Source: a virus (Duplodnaviria; Caudoviricetes). Taken from it: a stretch of DNA of 64,000 bases. The notes under the pieces are model-generated. The model did not search any database, was not told the origin of the DNA, and was given only the letters and a program-made list of their open reading frames with translations. Below are positions 28,131 to 37,994 of the stretch, one piece after another. How positions within the stretch are numbered: position 1 is the stretch's first letter; each line of letters begins with the position of its first letter. Where the stretch lies: positions 20,936-84,935 of IMG/VR virus record IMGVR_UViG_3300032292_001093; one strand, written 5' to 3'. A program made the position numbers and the translations under genes.

Positions 28131-30968
28131 ATGAAGTATCTTAGTAATAGAGATGAGTTCCTTAAAAGAAGCATAAACAAAATAGATGAATATAAGTCTT
28201 TAGAAGATAAAGATTTGGTTAAAATAAATGAAGACGTTGAAAATAGCGGACCATTTGCTAATGATATACCTTGGGGTGACTCTTTACTAGGTAGATTAAT
28301 AAACTCTACTATTAGAAAAGCAAAGATTGGTGCTAATCTTGTTAGAATAAAAGGCGTAGCTAAAAGACTAAGATATGCGTTTGATGATCTCTTAGGTGGT
28401 TCAGCTGAAGCTGAATTATCAGAAGAGGATAAAAAAGAATTCAAAAGACTTACTGTTTTTTCTTTTCTTGATAGTTTACAAAAAGCTGTAGAGGAAGAAG
28501 CTAGCGTAGGTGATATTAGAAATTTAACAAAAGCAGCAATTTCAGATATTAAAAACTTTGAAGACTTTGAAAATAAAGATAGTTTAATAAGTCAGTTAGA
28601 AGAATTTTTAAAATTCTTAGAACAATTTAAGGATGATGAAGGTGGAAAATCCGAAGCAGATGCTGATAAAGAAGAAGGAGAGAGTGAAGGAGAAGGTGAA
28701 GGAGAAGGTGATAAAGAAGGAGAGGGTGATAAAGAAGGAGAGGGCTCAAATTCTTCAGAATCCATGTATCCTACTATGATCAAAACATTAAAATCATTAA
28801 CTTCTATATTATCACATTACAAAGAGGTTAAGTTAGCAACAACGACATTAAGTAATAAAGAAACTAGACAAAGTACTAAAGTAACATACACTACTGTAGC
28901 CGGAGATACTGTTGAAAAGATTCAAAAGAATACTAAAGCCAATTCAAAAAAATTAGCATCGGCTGATATTAGAGCTAAAAACCCTCAATTGGCAAAATAT
29001 CCAAAAGATAATCAAACAATGCCTGCTGGTTTAGTTCTTGTAATGGAAAGTTATACTTTATTAGAAGCTATTGGTGATGGCGCAAGTCCAGATAGAGCAA
29101 ATATTAAAGGAGGTGAAGACCATCTAACACAAGCTTTTGCTAAGTTAAAGAAAGCTATTGAAGTATTGGAATCACCAAAAGATAAAGGCGTTGGTGTAGA
29201 TGTTAAATTCTTAAATGATATAACATCAAAATCACTAGATTCTAAAAACAAAGAAGTTATTAAATCTCTTTTTACAGAAATCAACAGATATTTAGTTGGT
29301 GATAAAAAAGAAACATTAAATGCTTCTAGCACTCCTTTGTATAAAGAAAGTATGGAAATAATCTCAGATAAAAACAAAAAAATTGTTGTAGCTGAGAAAA
29401 TAGCAAGATTTGCTAAAACTGCTTTACAATTTGACAAAGAAGGATTATATGGTGGTCTAGGAGAAACAGGTAAAGGCTTACAAGCATTTGTAGAAGGAAT
29501 TAAATCTACAATGACAATAAAACCTACTGAGAAAAAAGCTGAAGTTAAAACTGAAGAGAAACCTAAAGAAGAAGTTAAAAAAGAATCATCTTTATTTAAA
29601 TATGATAAATTTATATCATTATTAAAAGAAGCTGAAGAAGGTGAAGAGACTGAAGAAAATGAGGAAGAATCAAAAGTTGGTGCTCCTGATACAATGACTA
29701 CATCTCAAAAAATTAAAGACTATTGGAGTAAAAAGATAGATATTAAGGCTTTTGTAATGGAAAAAACAGAAGTTATTAAAATGAAAGAAAAATTTGATAA
29801 AATTGAAAAAGAAAGAAAAGATTCTATTGTAATAAATGGAATTGATCCTGTTTTAGATATTGTCAAGTGTTTCAATAGAGCTTATAAAATACACACAACA
29901 CAAGTAATTCCATCTGGAAGAAGTGGAGGTAGAGTATCAAATAGTGTGTTTATGGAATATACTACTTTTGGATCAGGTGATCCAAGTACTGCTGGCAAGT
30001 CTGGTGGACCATATAGAAATAACGCCATTTTTAATCAATGGGAAGATACTGTATTAGATATACAAAGAGATAAAAAATATCAACCAATTTTTAACATTGG
30101 TACTAAATTAAAAGTAGGTAATGACTTAATAGATAAAGCAGGAGCAAATCTTCGTAAATTCATGACGGATATGCTTGATGGTGATGAACTTTACAAAACT
30201 GGTAAAGATGCTAAAGGGTTACAAGCTAAATTTTTAGATCAGTACTTTGGTTATAAAGAGGATGATCCAAATAAAACAAACTTTGGAGGATCAGAAGAGC
30301 AAGAAAACAACACAAAGATTGCGGATGCTATACCAGGTGCCAAAAATCTACTTTTCACAAAAGATCCTATTAAATTTGAATCAAATGATGATTTAGCTAA
30401 ATCATTCTTTGCTGTATCAACTAATAAAAGTGTGGTTTACTTCTTTATACAAGAAGTTGTTGGTGACATTGCTTATATAACATATTCAAGATCTTTTTAC
30501 TTCTTTCAAAAATATATCACAGAATCAGGAATACCTAATAAATTAACAAAAGGAGATCTTCCAAGAGAAATATTCTTGAATAAACAAGGAAAAGAACAAA
30601 TAGATGAAGATGGCAAGGAATCAAATTTAGATTATAAAATAAAAGCTACTAAAAAGAAAATTGATAATCTAATAGGAAAAGATGGTAAGTTTAAGTTAAC
30701 AGGAGACTATGAGATAACATACTTAACTAAGTTTGATGGAAAATCAAATAACACAAATACTAAATCAACTTTATCAGATAAACCAGAAAGTATTAGTGTT
30801 GTAAACTGTTATACTTTATATGAGAATACAAAAGATGTTGAAACATCATCAGATAAAACAAGATTTGTATTAAATAAAAAAATAGGAGATAGAATTTCAA
30901 CAATTGGAGGATTTAAGACCGTTTCGGGTGCTGATAATATATCCAAAACCAAAATGGAGAAAAAGTAA
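28131..30968 (+). CDS. Large virion-associated protein with LysM-like domain
   Basis: YTTVAGDTVEKI...IRAKNPQL...AGLVLVM; EG repeats; MKYLSNRDEF leader and INE/LKE/LLE sites. Confidence 0.65.
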   Translation: MKYLSNRDEFLKRSINKIDEYKSLEDKDLVKINEDVENSGPFANDIPWGDSLLGRLINSTIRKAKIGANLVRIKGVAKRLRYAFDDLLGGSAEAELSEEDKKEFKRLTVFSFLDSLQKAVEEEASVGDIRNLTKAAISDIKNFEDFENKDSLISQLEEFLKFLEQFKDDEGGKSEADADKEEGESEGEGEGEGDKEGEGDKEGEGSNSSESMYPTMIKTLKSLTSILSHYKEVKLATTTLSNKETRQSTKVTYTTVAGDTVEKIQKNTKANSKKLASADIRAKNPQLAKYPKDNQTMPAGLVLVMESYTLLEAIGDGASPDRANIKGGEDHLTQAFAKLKKAIEVLESPKDKGVGVDVKFLNDITSKSLDSKNKEVIKSLFTEINRYLVGDKKETLNASSTPLYKESMEIISDKNKKIVVAEKIARFAKTALQFDKEGLYGGLGETGKGLQAFVEGIKSTMTIKPTEKKAEVKTEEKPKEEVKKESSLFKYDKFISLLKEAEEGEETEENEEESKVGAPDTMTTSQKIKDYWSKKIDIKAFVMEKTEVIKMKEKFDKIEKERKDSIVINGIDPVLDIVKCFNRAYKIHTTQVIPSGRSGGRVSNSVFMEYTTFGSGDPSTAGKSGGPYRNNAIFNQWEDTVLDIQRDKKYQPIFNIGTKLKVGNDLIDKAGANLRKFMTDMLDGDELYKTGKDAKGLQAKFLDQYFGYKEDDPNKTNFGGSEEQENNTKIADAIPGAKNLLFTKDPIKFESNDDLAKSFFAVSTNKSVVYFFIQEVVGDIAYITYSRSFYFFQKYITESGIPNKLTKGDLPREIFLNKQGKEQIDEDGKESNLDYKIKATKKKIDNLIGKDGKFKLTGDYEITYLTKFDGKSNNTNTKSTLSDKPESISVVNCYTLYENTKDVETSSDKTRFVLNKKIGDRISTIGGFKTVSGADNISKTKMEKK

Positions 30969-31528
30969 TGAGAAACCTAAAATCATATAGAATCTTTTTA
31001 GAAGAAGCTGAATTTGATGTTAATATAACAGACCAACCAGATATTAAAATGGCTAAAGAAAAGTTGACAACTCTTAAAAATCAACTTACTGAATATAAAA
31101 CAAAGAAGCCTCTAATAGACACCGCATATCTAACAATCAAAATAGATGCTGACTTACAAAAGAAAATAGAATCGATTGTTGGTAAAATAGATGCCTTACC
31201 AGGTCAGGATAGAAATCCTTTCTTAGTTGAGTATCTACACATTGCTAGTTTAACAAGAAAAGTTAATAATATTCAAAAAGATATTGCGAATGATAAAGTT
31301 AAAAAAGATGATTTTAGTGAAGAATTAAAATTATCTAAGGATGACTCTACTAAACAAGCAGTAGGTACTAAAATAACTGATATAACTAATAGAATATCAA
31401 CAAAAGCAGCTTCTATATCATCATTAACCAAAGAAATATCAGAGGCTCAAACATCATTAAATAAAAAAATGGTCGATGTAGAGAAAAATATGATGGATAA
31501 TATAAAGAAAATCTCAAAAGAGAAGTGA
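30968..31528 (+). CDS. Coiled-coil protein with CTS-like leader (MRNLKSYRIFLEE)
   Basis: TAATG-coupled to upstream gene. Confidence 0.7.
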   Translation: MRNLKSYRIFLEEAEFDVNITDQPDIKMAKEKLTTLKNQLTEYKTKKPLIDTAYLTIKIDADLQKKIESIVGKIDALPGQDRNPFLVEYLHIASLTRKVNNIQKDIANDKVKKDDFSEELKLSKDDSTKQAVGTKITDITNRISTKAASISSLTKEISEAQTSLNKKMVDVEKNMMDNIKKISKEK

Positions 31529-31595
31529 AAATAGAAAAAATATCATTTTTTACATTTTATATATACTCTATAACATAAAAAAAAATATTAAAAAT

Positions 31596-34500
31596 ATGGC
31601 AATTCAAATTGGAAAATACAAAAGACCAGGAATCTTCATAGAAGAGTTTGACAATTCAATCATTACAACTCCAGTGGTTGAGGGTATTACTAATATGGTT
31701 ATCGGTGTTTCAAAAAAAGGACCAGTAAATACACCTATTAGACTTACTACAGTCAATGACTTAGAGTCTATCTTTGGTCAACTTGATAGAGGATTAGAAA
31801 GAAAAGGTTCATTTTTCCACAGAACTATTCAAAAAATGTTGGAATCAGCTCCAGTATTCGCTATCAATCTTTTAAGCACAGATGATACATTAGATACTAT
31901 TGAGTATAAATCATTATCATCATCATCTGGTTATATTAATGATATCGAAAGAAATGGAGCTTATAGAAGATTCTTCGATACAACAGGTTTCTGGAAAAGA
32001 GATACTGAGTCTTTCATTAATTTAACTAAACCAAATACTGGTTATACTGAAAGAGCTTTTAGTATTACTAACCTTTCTGACAGATTCGTTACTGTATTTG
32101 TTGTGAAAAGTGCTAGAACTGGTTTTGATAGAACTTTAATCGAATGGTATGGTTCTCAAGAAAAACTTCCGCCATATGTTAACGCTAACGATTACGCATC
32201 TGACTATTTAGTAGATGTTATTGTTGTAGGTGGTGACTGGTCTGACTACCAAAACTTGGCTATTGATAATAGATGGAGTGCTTACTTCAATGCGTCTGGT
32301 CTTGTTAAGAGTCAAATTAGAAACTTTGCTAATGATAGAAATGTTACTTTATTAGCTTATTACGAAGGATTGTCCTTAATTCCATATTTTAGAGATGCCA
32401 ATGGTACTAATATTTTTATTGAAACTACAATTAACAGAGATACAGATAAAACTGGAGTATTCTGTGCTTTCAACTCAGATTTAGTTGAAACAGATTACTA
32501 CAACGGTCTTTTAGACTTAGTTGGACAAACAGTTGCTGGTGTGAATGAAACTGAAATAGAATTCTTATCTTATAAAGAAACTATCGCTGAATCAATTGAA
32601 ATCACAGCAGTACCTTTAGACTTACCTGGTAACGTAACTGCCTTATTAGGTGGTGTATTTACAGGAAATGGTTATATTAACCAAGATCCTCACGCATTTG
32701 GTTTAGTTCCAACTGAAACAGGTGTTATTAATAATGGTGATAACAGAACTGCTTGGTTTGGTGAAGGATTTGTTTATGATGTAACTAAAGATAATACTTT
32801 AACAACATCATCTGCTTCCATCACATTAACTTATACAGCTACTGCTGACGCTTTCGCTGTAATTGGCGATACAATGGTTCCAGTAACCGGAAATACATTA
32901 ACAATTAGTGCTAGTGATTATAGCGCTTCATATGGTACATTATCATTTGTATCAGCTTATGTTTTAGACTCAACAGGTTCATTATCTGTAGTATCTAACA
33001 CAACTGGTGTTGCTTATGGTTCAACACCTACAAAACCTACAGTATCAGCAAGTGATATCGTATTAGGTTATGTAGAATTTGATATGGCTAATGGTGATAT
33101 CGCAGCACCAACAGTAACAGTTACTGATGTAAATATTGACACAGTTGGTTTCATAGACTTTAGTTTTGGTACTAGTGCTTCTGATGATTATCACATCGCA
33201 ACTCAAAGTACTCCAGATTCTGGTGTAATTAAAGTTACATTTGAAAATACAAATACTGTACCTTCTGTAGCAAATTACGCACAATACAGAAGATTCAAAT
33301 TATTCAATAGATTAGTTGATTTAATTGACTCTGCTAATAAAAATAAAATGACTTTATGTTTAGGACCTAATCATGCGTTCGATAAAGTTAGTTTATCTAC
33401 TATAACAATTACAAATATTGTTAGCTCATCAACATCTAATAAATCATTTATCTTAAATACTGGTTTAACTGATGCTCAATTAAGTGATATTCTTGATGGT
33501 TACTTTGTAATCTACACAGTAGATAATGAATTTTTACTTGGCTCAGATAAAGTATCCACAACTTCAAATGTTTGGTCTATGACTGATGGTGTTGTTGCTA
33601 GATACTCTAAATTTTATTCTAATTTTTATGACGGTATTATTAACACAGGAGATTACTTCTATGCTAATAAAGTACCACAAGCTTTAGTAGCCGCTCAAGA
33701 AACTATGAATGTTATTTTCATAGATGGTGAAATTGCCGCAGGTACTACTTCATCATATGCTGGTTACAACTATGTAATATTTGAAACTACTTCAAATACA
33801 AATCCATCATATGCTACATATGACCAATTCATTGTTCCTGATTCAAGTATTAATACTGGATCATTTACAATTACTAATGCTTCTAACCCATCTACTTTAG
33901 CTACAAATCTTGGTTACACAAGTACAGTAGGAGCTTACTACTGGGCATATGAAGTAAGTGAAGAAGTTGCTTACGAAGAAGTATTAAATGTAAGTACTAT
34001 TTATGATTTCTTAAAGAAACATTACTTAAAAATGTACTTAAATAACAACGGAACATTAGAAGTTGATTTCATGGATGAAGGATTTACATCTACTGAAGCA
34101 GTTGATACGGTATCTAATAATACATTCTATGTACAATCAGCTAAATCAAACTTCAAACAAACTGTTGAAATTGAAATTCCTACAGGATATGTTCAAGTTC
34201 CTAATAAGATTCTTATTACTGGTTCTAGATACACTGAGGTTAAAGTTGGTGACTTCTTAGCCGCTTATGTTGACCCAACAGTTGTATTACAAACTGGTGA
34301 AGTTGCTAGAAAACTTACAAGAATTTTAAGTAAAAAACAATATGCTGGTGACACTACATTAGTAGAGGTTACTTGTGATGCTAGAATTGAAAAAACTAAC
34401 TATAGTGGTGATTATCAAACAACTAGATACACATCTATTGATAACTACGCTACTACTTATAAAGCTATCTCTCTTAAAGGATTTAGAATTAGACAAGCTT

Positions 34501-35504
34501 CTTTACCTGATGGTACTGAAACTAGACAAAATGCTATACTTAACTTAGTTGCTAAAGGAACTCCTTTATTCAAAGCAATTACTAATAAAGAAGCAATCGA
34601 CTTCAGATATTTAATTGACTCATTTGGTCTTGGTTTAACTGAAAGATCTAAACAACAATTAGTTGATATCTGTGGAGAAAGATTAGATGCTCTTGGAATC
34701 TTGAATATGCCTTCTATGAAATCATTTAAGAACTCATCATCTCCTACTTTCGTAAATGCTGAAGGTGTTTTACAACTTGAGTACGTTGCTAAGGGTGGTG
34801 ACCCAGAAAGCTCTCCTGCGTTCCTTTATTCATTCGGTGACGGAGCAGGTACTACAGCAGTAGGTTACTTTATGCCTTACTTAACTGTAAGTGATAATGG
34901 CAGACCAATTGAAGTTCCGCCAGCAGCATGGGCAGCAACAACTTATATGAGAAAGCATACTTCAAATATAAGTGGAATGACTCCTTGGACAATCGCAGCG
35001 GGTGTTACTAATGGTAGAATTACTAATATAGTATCAACTGAAATGGATTTCACTCAAACTGATATTGAGTGGATCAACCAAGCTCAAATGAACCCAATCG
35101 TGTTCAAGAGAAATAGAGGAAATGTAATTGAAACTGAAAATACAGGTCAAACACTTTACAAATCAGCTCTTTCATACTTACACGTTAGAGAAGTTCTTAT
35201 CGAACTTGAAAGAGAATTGTCAAGAATGTTATTAGACTTCCAATGGAAATTTAATACACCTGATATTAGAGCAGAAATTAAACTTAGAGCAGACGTTATC
35301 TGTGAAACTTATGTAAGTAAGAATGGTTTATACAACTACTTTAATAAAATGGATGAAGAAAACAACACTAATGAAATCATTGATAACCAAATTGGTGTTC
35401 TTGATACATATGTTGAACCAATCAAGGGTATGGGTATTATTGTAAACAATATTACTATCTTGAGAACTGGTGCTATCTCTGCGGGTGGATTCATCAACGG
35501 ATAA
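31596..35504 (+). CDS. gp18: Contractile tail sheath protein (gp18-like, 1302 aa)
   Basis: RPGIFIEEFD, GVSKKGPVNTP, IFG; C-terminal PWTIAAG..NG, LSYLHVREVL, FNTPDIR, DEENN, VEPIKGM. Confidence 0.93.
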   Translation: MAIQIGKYKRPGIFIEEFDNSIITTPVVEGITNMVIGVSKKGPVNTPIRLTTVNDLESIFGQLDRGLERKGSFFHRTIQKMLESAPVFAINLLSTDDTLDTIEYKSLSSSSGYINDIERNGAYRRFFDTTGFWKRDTESFINLTKPNTGYTERAFSITNLSDRFVTVFVVKSARTGFDRTLIEWYGSQEKLPPYVNANDYASDYLVDVIVVGGDWSDYQNLAIDNRWSAYFNASGLVKSQIRNFANDRNVTLLAYYEGLSLIPYFRDANGTNIFIETTINRDTDKTGVFCAFNSDLVETDYYNGLLDLVGQTVAGVNETEIEFLSYKETIAESIEITAVPLDLPGNVTALLGGVFTGNGYINQDPHAFGLVPTETGVINNGDNRTAWFGEGFVYDVTKDNTLTTSSASITLTYTATADAFAVIGDTMVPVTGNTLTISASDYSASYGTLSFVSAYVLDSTGSLSVVSNTTGVAYGSTPTKPTVSASDIVLGYVEFDMANGDIAAPTVTVTDVNIDTVGFIDFSFGTSASDDYHIATQSTPDSGVIKVTFENTNTVPSVANYAQYRRFKLFNRLVDLIDSANKNKMTLCLGPNHAFDKVSLSTITITNIVSSSTSNKSFILNTGLTDAQLSDILDGYFVIYTVDNEFLLGSDKVSTTSNVWSMTDGVVARYSKFYSNFYDGIINTGDYFYANKVPQALVAAQETMNVIFIDGEIAAGTTSSYAGYNYVIFETTSNTNPSYATYDQFIVPDSSINTGSFTITNASNPSTLATNLGYTSTVGAYYWAYEVSEEVAYEEVLNVSTIYDFLKKHYLKMYLNNNGTLEVDFMDEGFTSTEAVDTVSNNTFYVQSAKSNFKQTVEIEIPTGYVQVPNKILITGSRYTEVKVGDFLAAYVDPTVVLQTGEVARKLTRILSKKQYAGDTTLVEVTCDARIEKTNYSGDYQTTRYTSIDNYATTYKAISLKGFRIRQASLPDGTETRQNAILNLVAKGTPLFKAITNKEAIDFRYLIDSFGLGLTERSKQQLVDICGERLDALGILNMPSMKSFKNSSSPTFVNAEGVLQLEYVAKGGDPESSPAFLYSFGDGAGTTAVGYFMPYLTVSDNGRPIEVPPAAWAATTYMRKHTSNISGMTPWTIAAGVTNGRITNIVSTEMDFTQTDIEWINQAQMNPIVFKRNRGNVIETENTGQTLYKSALSYLHVREVLIELERELSRMLLDFQWKFNTPDIRAEIKLRADVICETYVSKNGLYNYFNKMDEENNTNEIIDNQIGVLDTYVEPIKGMGIIVNNITILRTGAISAGGFING

Positions 35505-35524
35505 TAATTAATAAATTTTATAAT

Positions 35525-35561
35525 AAAAAAGAGGAAAGTGAAAACTTTCCTCTTTTTTTTT
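35525..35561 (+). terminator. Intrinsic terminator after sheath
   Basis: AAAAAAGAGGAAAG-TGAAAA-CTTTCCTCTTTTTT. Confidence 0.85.
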
Positions 35562-35632
35562 GTTATAACAATAAGGTAAATTCATAGGAATAACTATTCT
35601 ATGAATATATAAATAAAAAATAACAACATTAT

Positions 35633-36571
35633 ATGTCTGAACAAAATAATATGAGTGAAGAAGAATACTTAAAGAAACATCTTGGTAGTTTAGAATCTTC
35701 TAAAAATCAAAACAACTCTGATATTCCATTTGTAGAGCAACCAAAAATTGACAATACAAGAACTACAGATCTTCAATATTTTAACTTTGATATTAAAGAG
35801 CTTCCGTGTGGTACTTTTTACCCAACAGGTACCGTATTTATGGTAAGACCTGCTCAAGTAAAAGAAATCCAATCTTATTCAATGGTTGATGACCAAAACT
35901 TTTACGATATCGTTGAAAAAATGAATGACATTCTTCAATCTTGTGTTAGAATTAAATATTCAGATGGTAAGATGGGTTCTTATCTTGATGTAAAAGACCA
36001 AGATAGATTATTTTTAATTTTCTTAATTAGAGAATTAACATTTCAACAAGGTAATTCATTAACAGTAACTACAAAATGTGGTTGTGGAGAAGAATTACAA
36101 TTAGAATTAAAAAGAGATCATTTTTCATTTCACGAAATTGATGAAAAACTTGATAGATACTTTAGTAACTCTACAAGATCTTATCACTTCACAACAGTAA
36201 ATGGTAAAGAGTTTGAATTAACTCCACCAAATATTGGTCTTCAAAAAGCTTTTACTGACTATATCTTAAAAGAAAATAATGAAAAAAGAACTCCAAATCT
36301 TTCTTTCTTAAAAATTATTCCTTTTATGTTAGCTGGTAGAACTTCTGTTACTTATGAAGGTATCAAATCTAAATTAAAAGAGTTTGAAGAAATTGATGAT
36401 ATTTCTTTCCAATTCTTAAATGCTGCTGTTAGCAAAATGACTTTTGGTATCAAAGAATTGAAGAAAAAATGTTCGTGTGGTGAGGAGGTCCACACAGACA
36501 TGCAATTTCCCAACGGAGCGTCAGGTATTTTCGTTATTCATGATGCCTTTGAAGCATATATTAAAGAATAA
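35633..36571 (+). CDS. Baseplate hub assembly protein (T4 gp26-like)
   Basis: LPCGTFY, VRP..VKE, DRLFLIFLIRELT, KCGCG and KCSCG Zn motifs. Confidence 0.6.
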   Translation: MSEQNNMSEEEYLKKHLGSLESSKNQNNSDIPFVEQPKIDNTRTTDLQYFNFDIKELPCGTFYPTGTVFMVRPAQVKEIQSYSMVDDQNFYDIVEKMNDILQSCVRIKYSDGKMGSYLDVKDQDRLFLIFLIRELTFQQGNSLTVTTKCGCGEELQLELKRDHFSFHEIDEKLDRYFSNSTRSYHFTTVNGKEFELTPPNIGLQKAFTDYILKENNEKRTPNLSFLKIIPFMLAGRTSVTYEGIKSKLKEFEEIDDISFQFLNAAVSKMTFGIKELKKKCSCGEEVHTDMQFPNGASGIFVIHDAFEAYIKE

Positions 36572-36794
36572 ATTATTACTACAAAAACACTTTCATACAC
36601 AAGAATATGCTATGGATGAATGGCCCTTTTGGATGTTTGAAGAAAACATTAAGTTGGTTAATGAGATTGTTGAAGAAGAAGATTCTTCTAGAAAGAAACA
36701 AGAGCAAGACCAACAAAAAGGAATGCCAAACTTTGATGCTAATTCAATGATGAGAAATGCTTCTAATATGTCAAATAGCATACCTAAATATTAA
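36540..36794 (+). CDS. Baseplate hub assembly chaperone (gp51-like)
   Basis: HFHTQEYAMDEWPFWMFEENIKLVNEIVEEE resembles gp51-type motif; start revised to ATG 36540. Confidence 0.55.
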   Translation: MMPLKHILKNKLLLQKHFHTQEYAMDEWPFWMFEENIKLVNEIVEEEDSSRKKQEQDQQKGMPNFDANSMMRNASNMSNSIPKY

Positions 36795-36798
36795 AATT

Positions 36799-36866
36799 AA
36801 ACCCACCAATTGGTGGGTTTTTTATTTATTAAACATAAAAAAACCCATCTTAAAAGATGGGTTTTT
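36799..36866. terminator. Two adjacent intrinsic terminators between convergent genes
   Basis: AAACCCACC-AATT-GGTGGGTTT and AAAAACCCATCTT-AA-AAGATGGGTTTTT. Confidence 0.85.
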
Positions 36867-36882
36867 AATTTTATTATCTCTA

Positions 36883-37503
36883 TTAATATCCAGATAAAAT
36901 TGGAGGATTGATAGTAAAGTTATTATCAATGTACTCATCAATGAAATAGTCATAAATAAAGTCAGATTGAACTGATTCAATAATGTTATTTGAAGACCAG
37001 TCTAAAGCATAACCTGCTATTTGTTTAATTTGTACGTTTTGAAAAGTAACACGTCTTAAAACAACACCTTTTTTATCGTGTTGGTTAACAATAACAGTTC
37101 CGATAATATCACTTTTATAGTGAAGTGAACCATTTTGTGAGTTGAATACTAAATCGTACCAAGCCTTCAAAGCATTCCAAGTCTCCATAGAACCTTGTTG
37201 GTTAACGTTAACATTGAACTTAATGCTAAATTCACCAGAGGTTTTAGTTGGAGTTGTCAAGAATTGACGAGTTGAATACTTGAATCTTTGTTCTTTAACA
37301 CCAACGTCAAACTGTGTTAAGTTCATATCAATGTTCAAAGCGTTTTGAAGAAGTAAAATTGGGTTTCTACCCTGTGCTTGTAAAATAACAGGCAATACAA
37401 AGGTAATCTCAAATAAATTAAGATATACTACTTCATCAGGTAGCGTACCAGGACCCCCTGGTGAACCTGTGTTCAAAAGTTGAGTAAAATGTGGTAATGG
37501 CAT
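36883..37503 (-). CDS. gp19: Tail tube protein (gp19-like)
   Basis: NLFEITF, W.DLVFN..NG, YKSDIIG.V.V.Q.DKKG, LDWSSNN, FIYDY. Confidence 0.8.
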   Translation of the reverse strand: MPLPHFTQLLNTGSPGGPGTLPDEVVYLNLFEITFVLPVILQAQGRNPILLLQNALNIDMNLTQFDVGVKEQRFKYSTRQFLTTPTKTSGEFSIKFNVNVNQQGSMETWNALKAWYDLVFNSQNGSLHYKSDIIGTVIVNQHDKKGVVLRRVTFQNVQIKQIAGYALDWSSNNIIESVQSDFIYDYFIDEYIDNNFTINPPILSGY

Positions 37504-37618
37504 ATTTTTTTTAATTATTTTTTATAAATTATATATTTTTCTTCGTTCTTCCTTTAGCTCTATTTTAAAATATTATGTTGTAAAAAATGCCATTTCCACT
37601 TTTTAATAAATACAATAT

Positions 37619-37966
37619 ATGAACTGTAACTATAGATATTGTAATAAGGAGATTATCTGGGGTAGACCGGATCGAAAGTTTTGTAATAAAAACTGTAAGT
37701 CTAAAGAAAAAGCCATATCAAAAGAGTTAAAGGCTCTAAATAGAAGAAGTAAAAAAAGTAAAGACTTTGTTGAAAAATCTAATATTAAACACGAATACAA
37801 GTATAACTATGATTTAATACTTTATGAAAACTGTAGAAGTAAGGTTAAAATAATATGTCCAATTCATGGGGAATTTGAACAAACACCAAATGCTCACTTA
37901 TATGCTGGCAGTGGATGTGAGAAATGTGCCAGAGAAGCCAGAAGAAAAGAAACAATATCACAATAA
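37619..37966 (+). CDS. Zn-finger protein with DUF723-type homing-endonuclease-associated domain, no nuclease domain
   Basis: C..C..RKFCNKNC; KYNY..Y....KVKIICPIHGEFEQTP..HL...GCEKC. Confidence 0.65.
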   Translation: MNCNYRYCNKEIIWGRPDRKFCNKNCKSKEKAISKELKALNRRSKKSKDFVEKSNIKHEYKYNYDLILYENCRSKVKIICPIHGEFEQTPNAHLYAGSGCEKCAREARRKETISQ

Positions 37967-37994
37967 TTTCATATAAAAAGAAAAGAAATTTTTA

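Noticed and set aside
36477-36571. Programmed frameshift joining the gp26-like and gp51-like ORFs
   Set aside because: Downstream ORF is in the +1 frame with its own ATG at 36540; no clear slippery heptamer in the overlap
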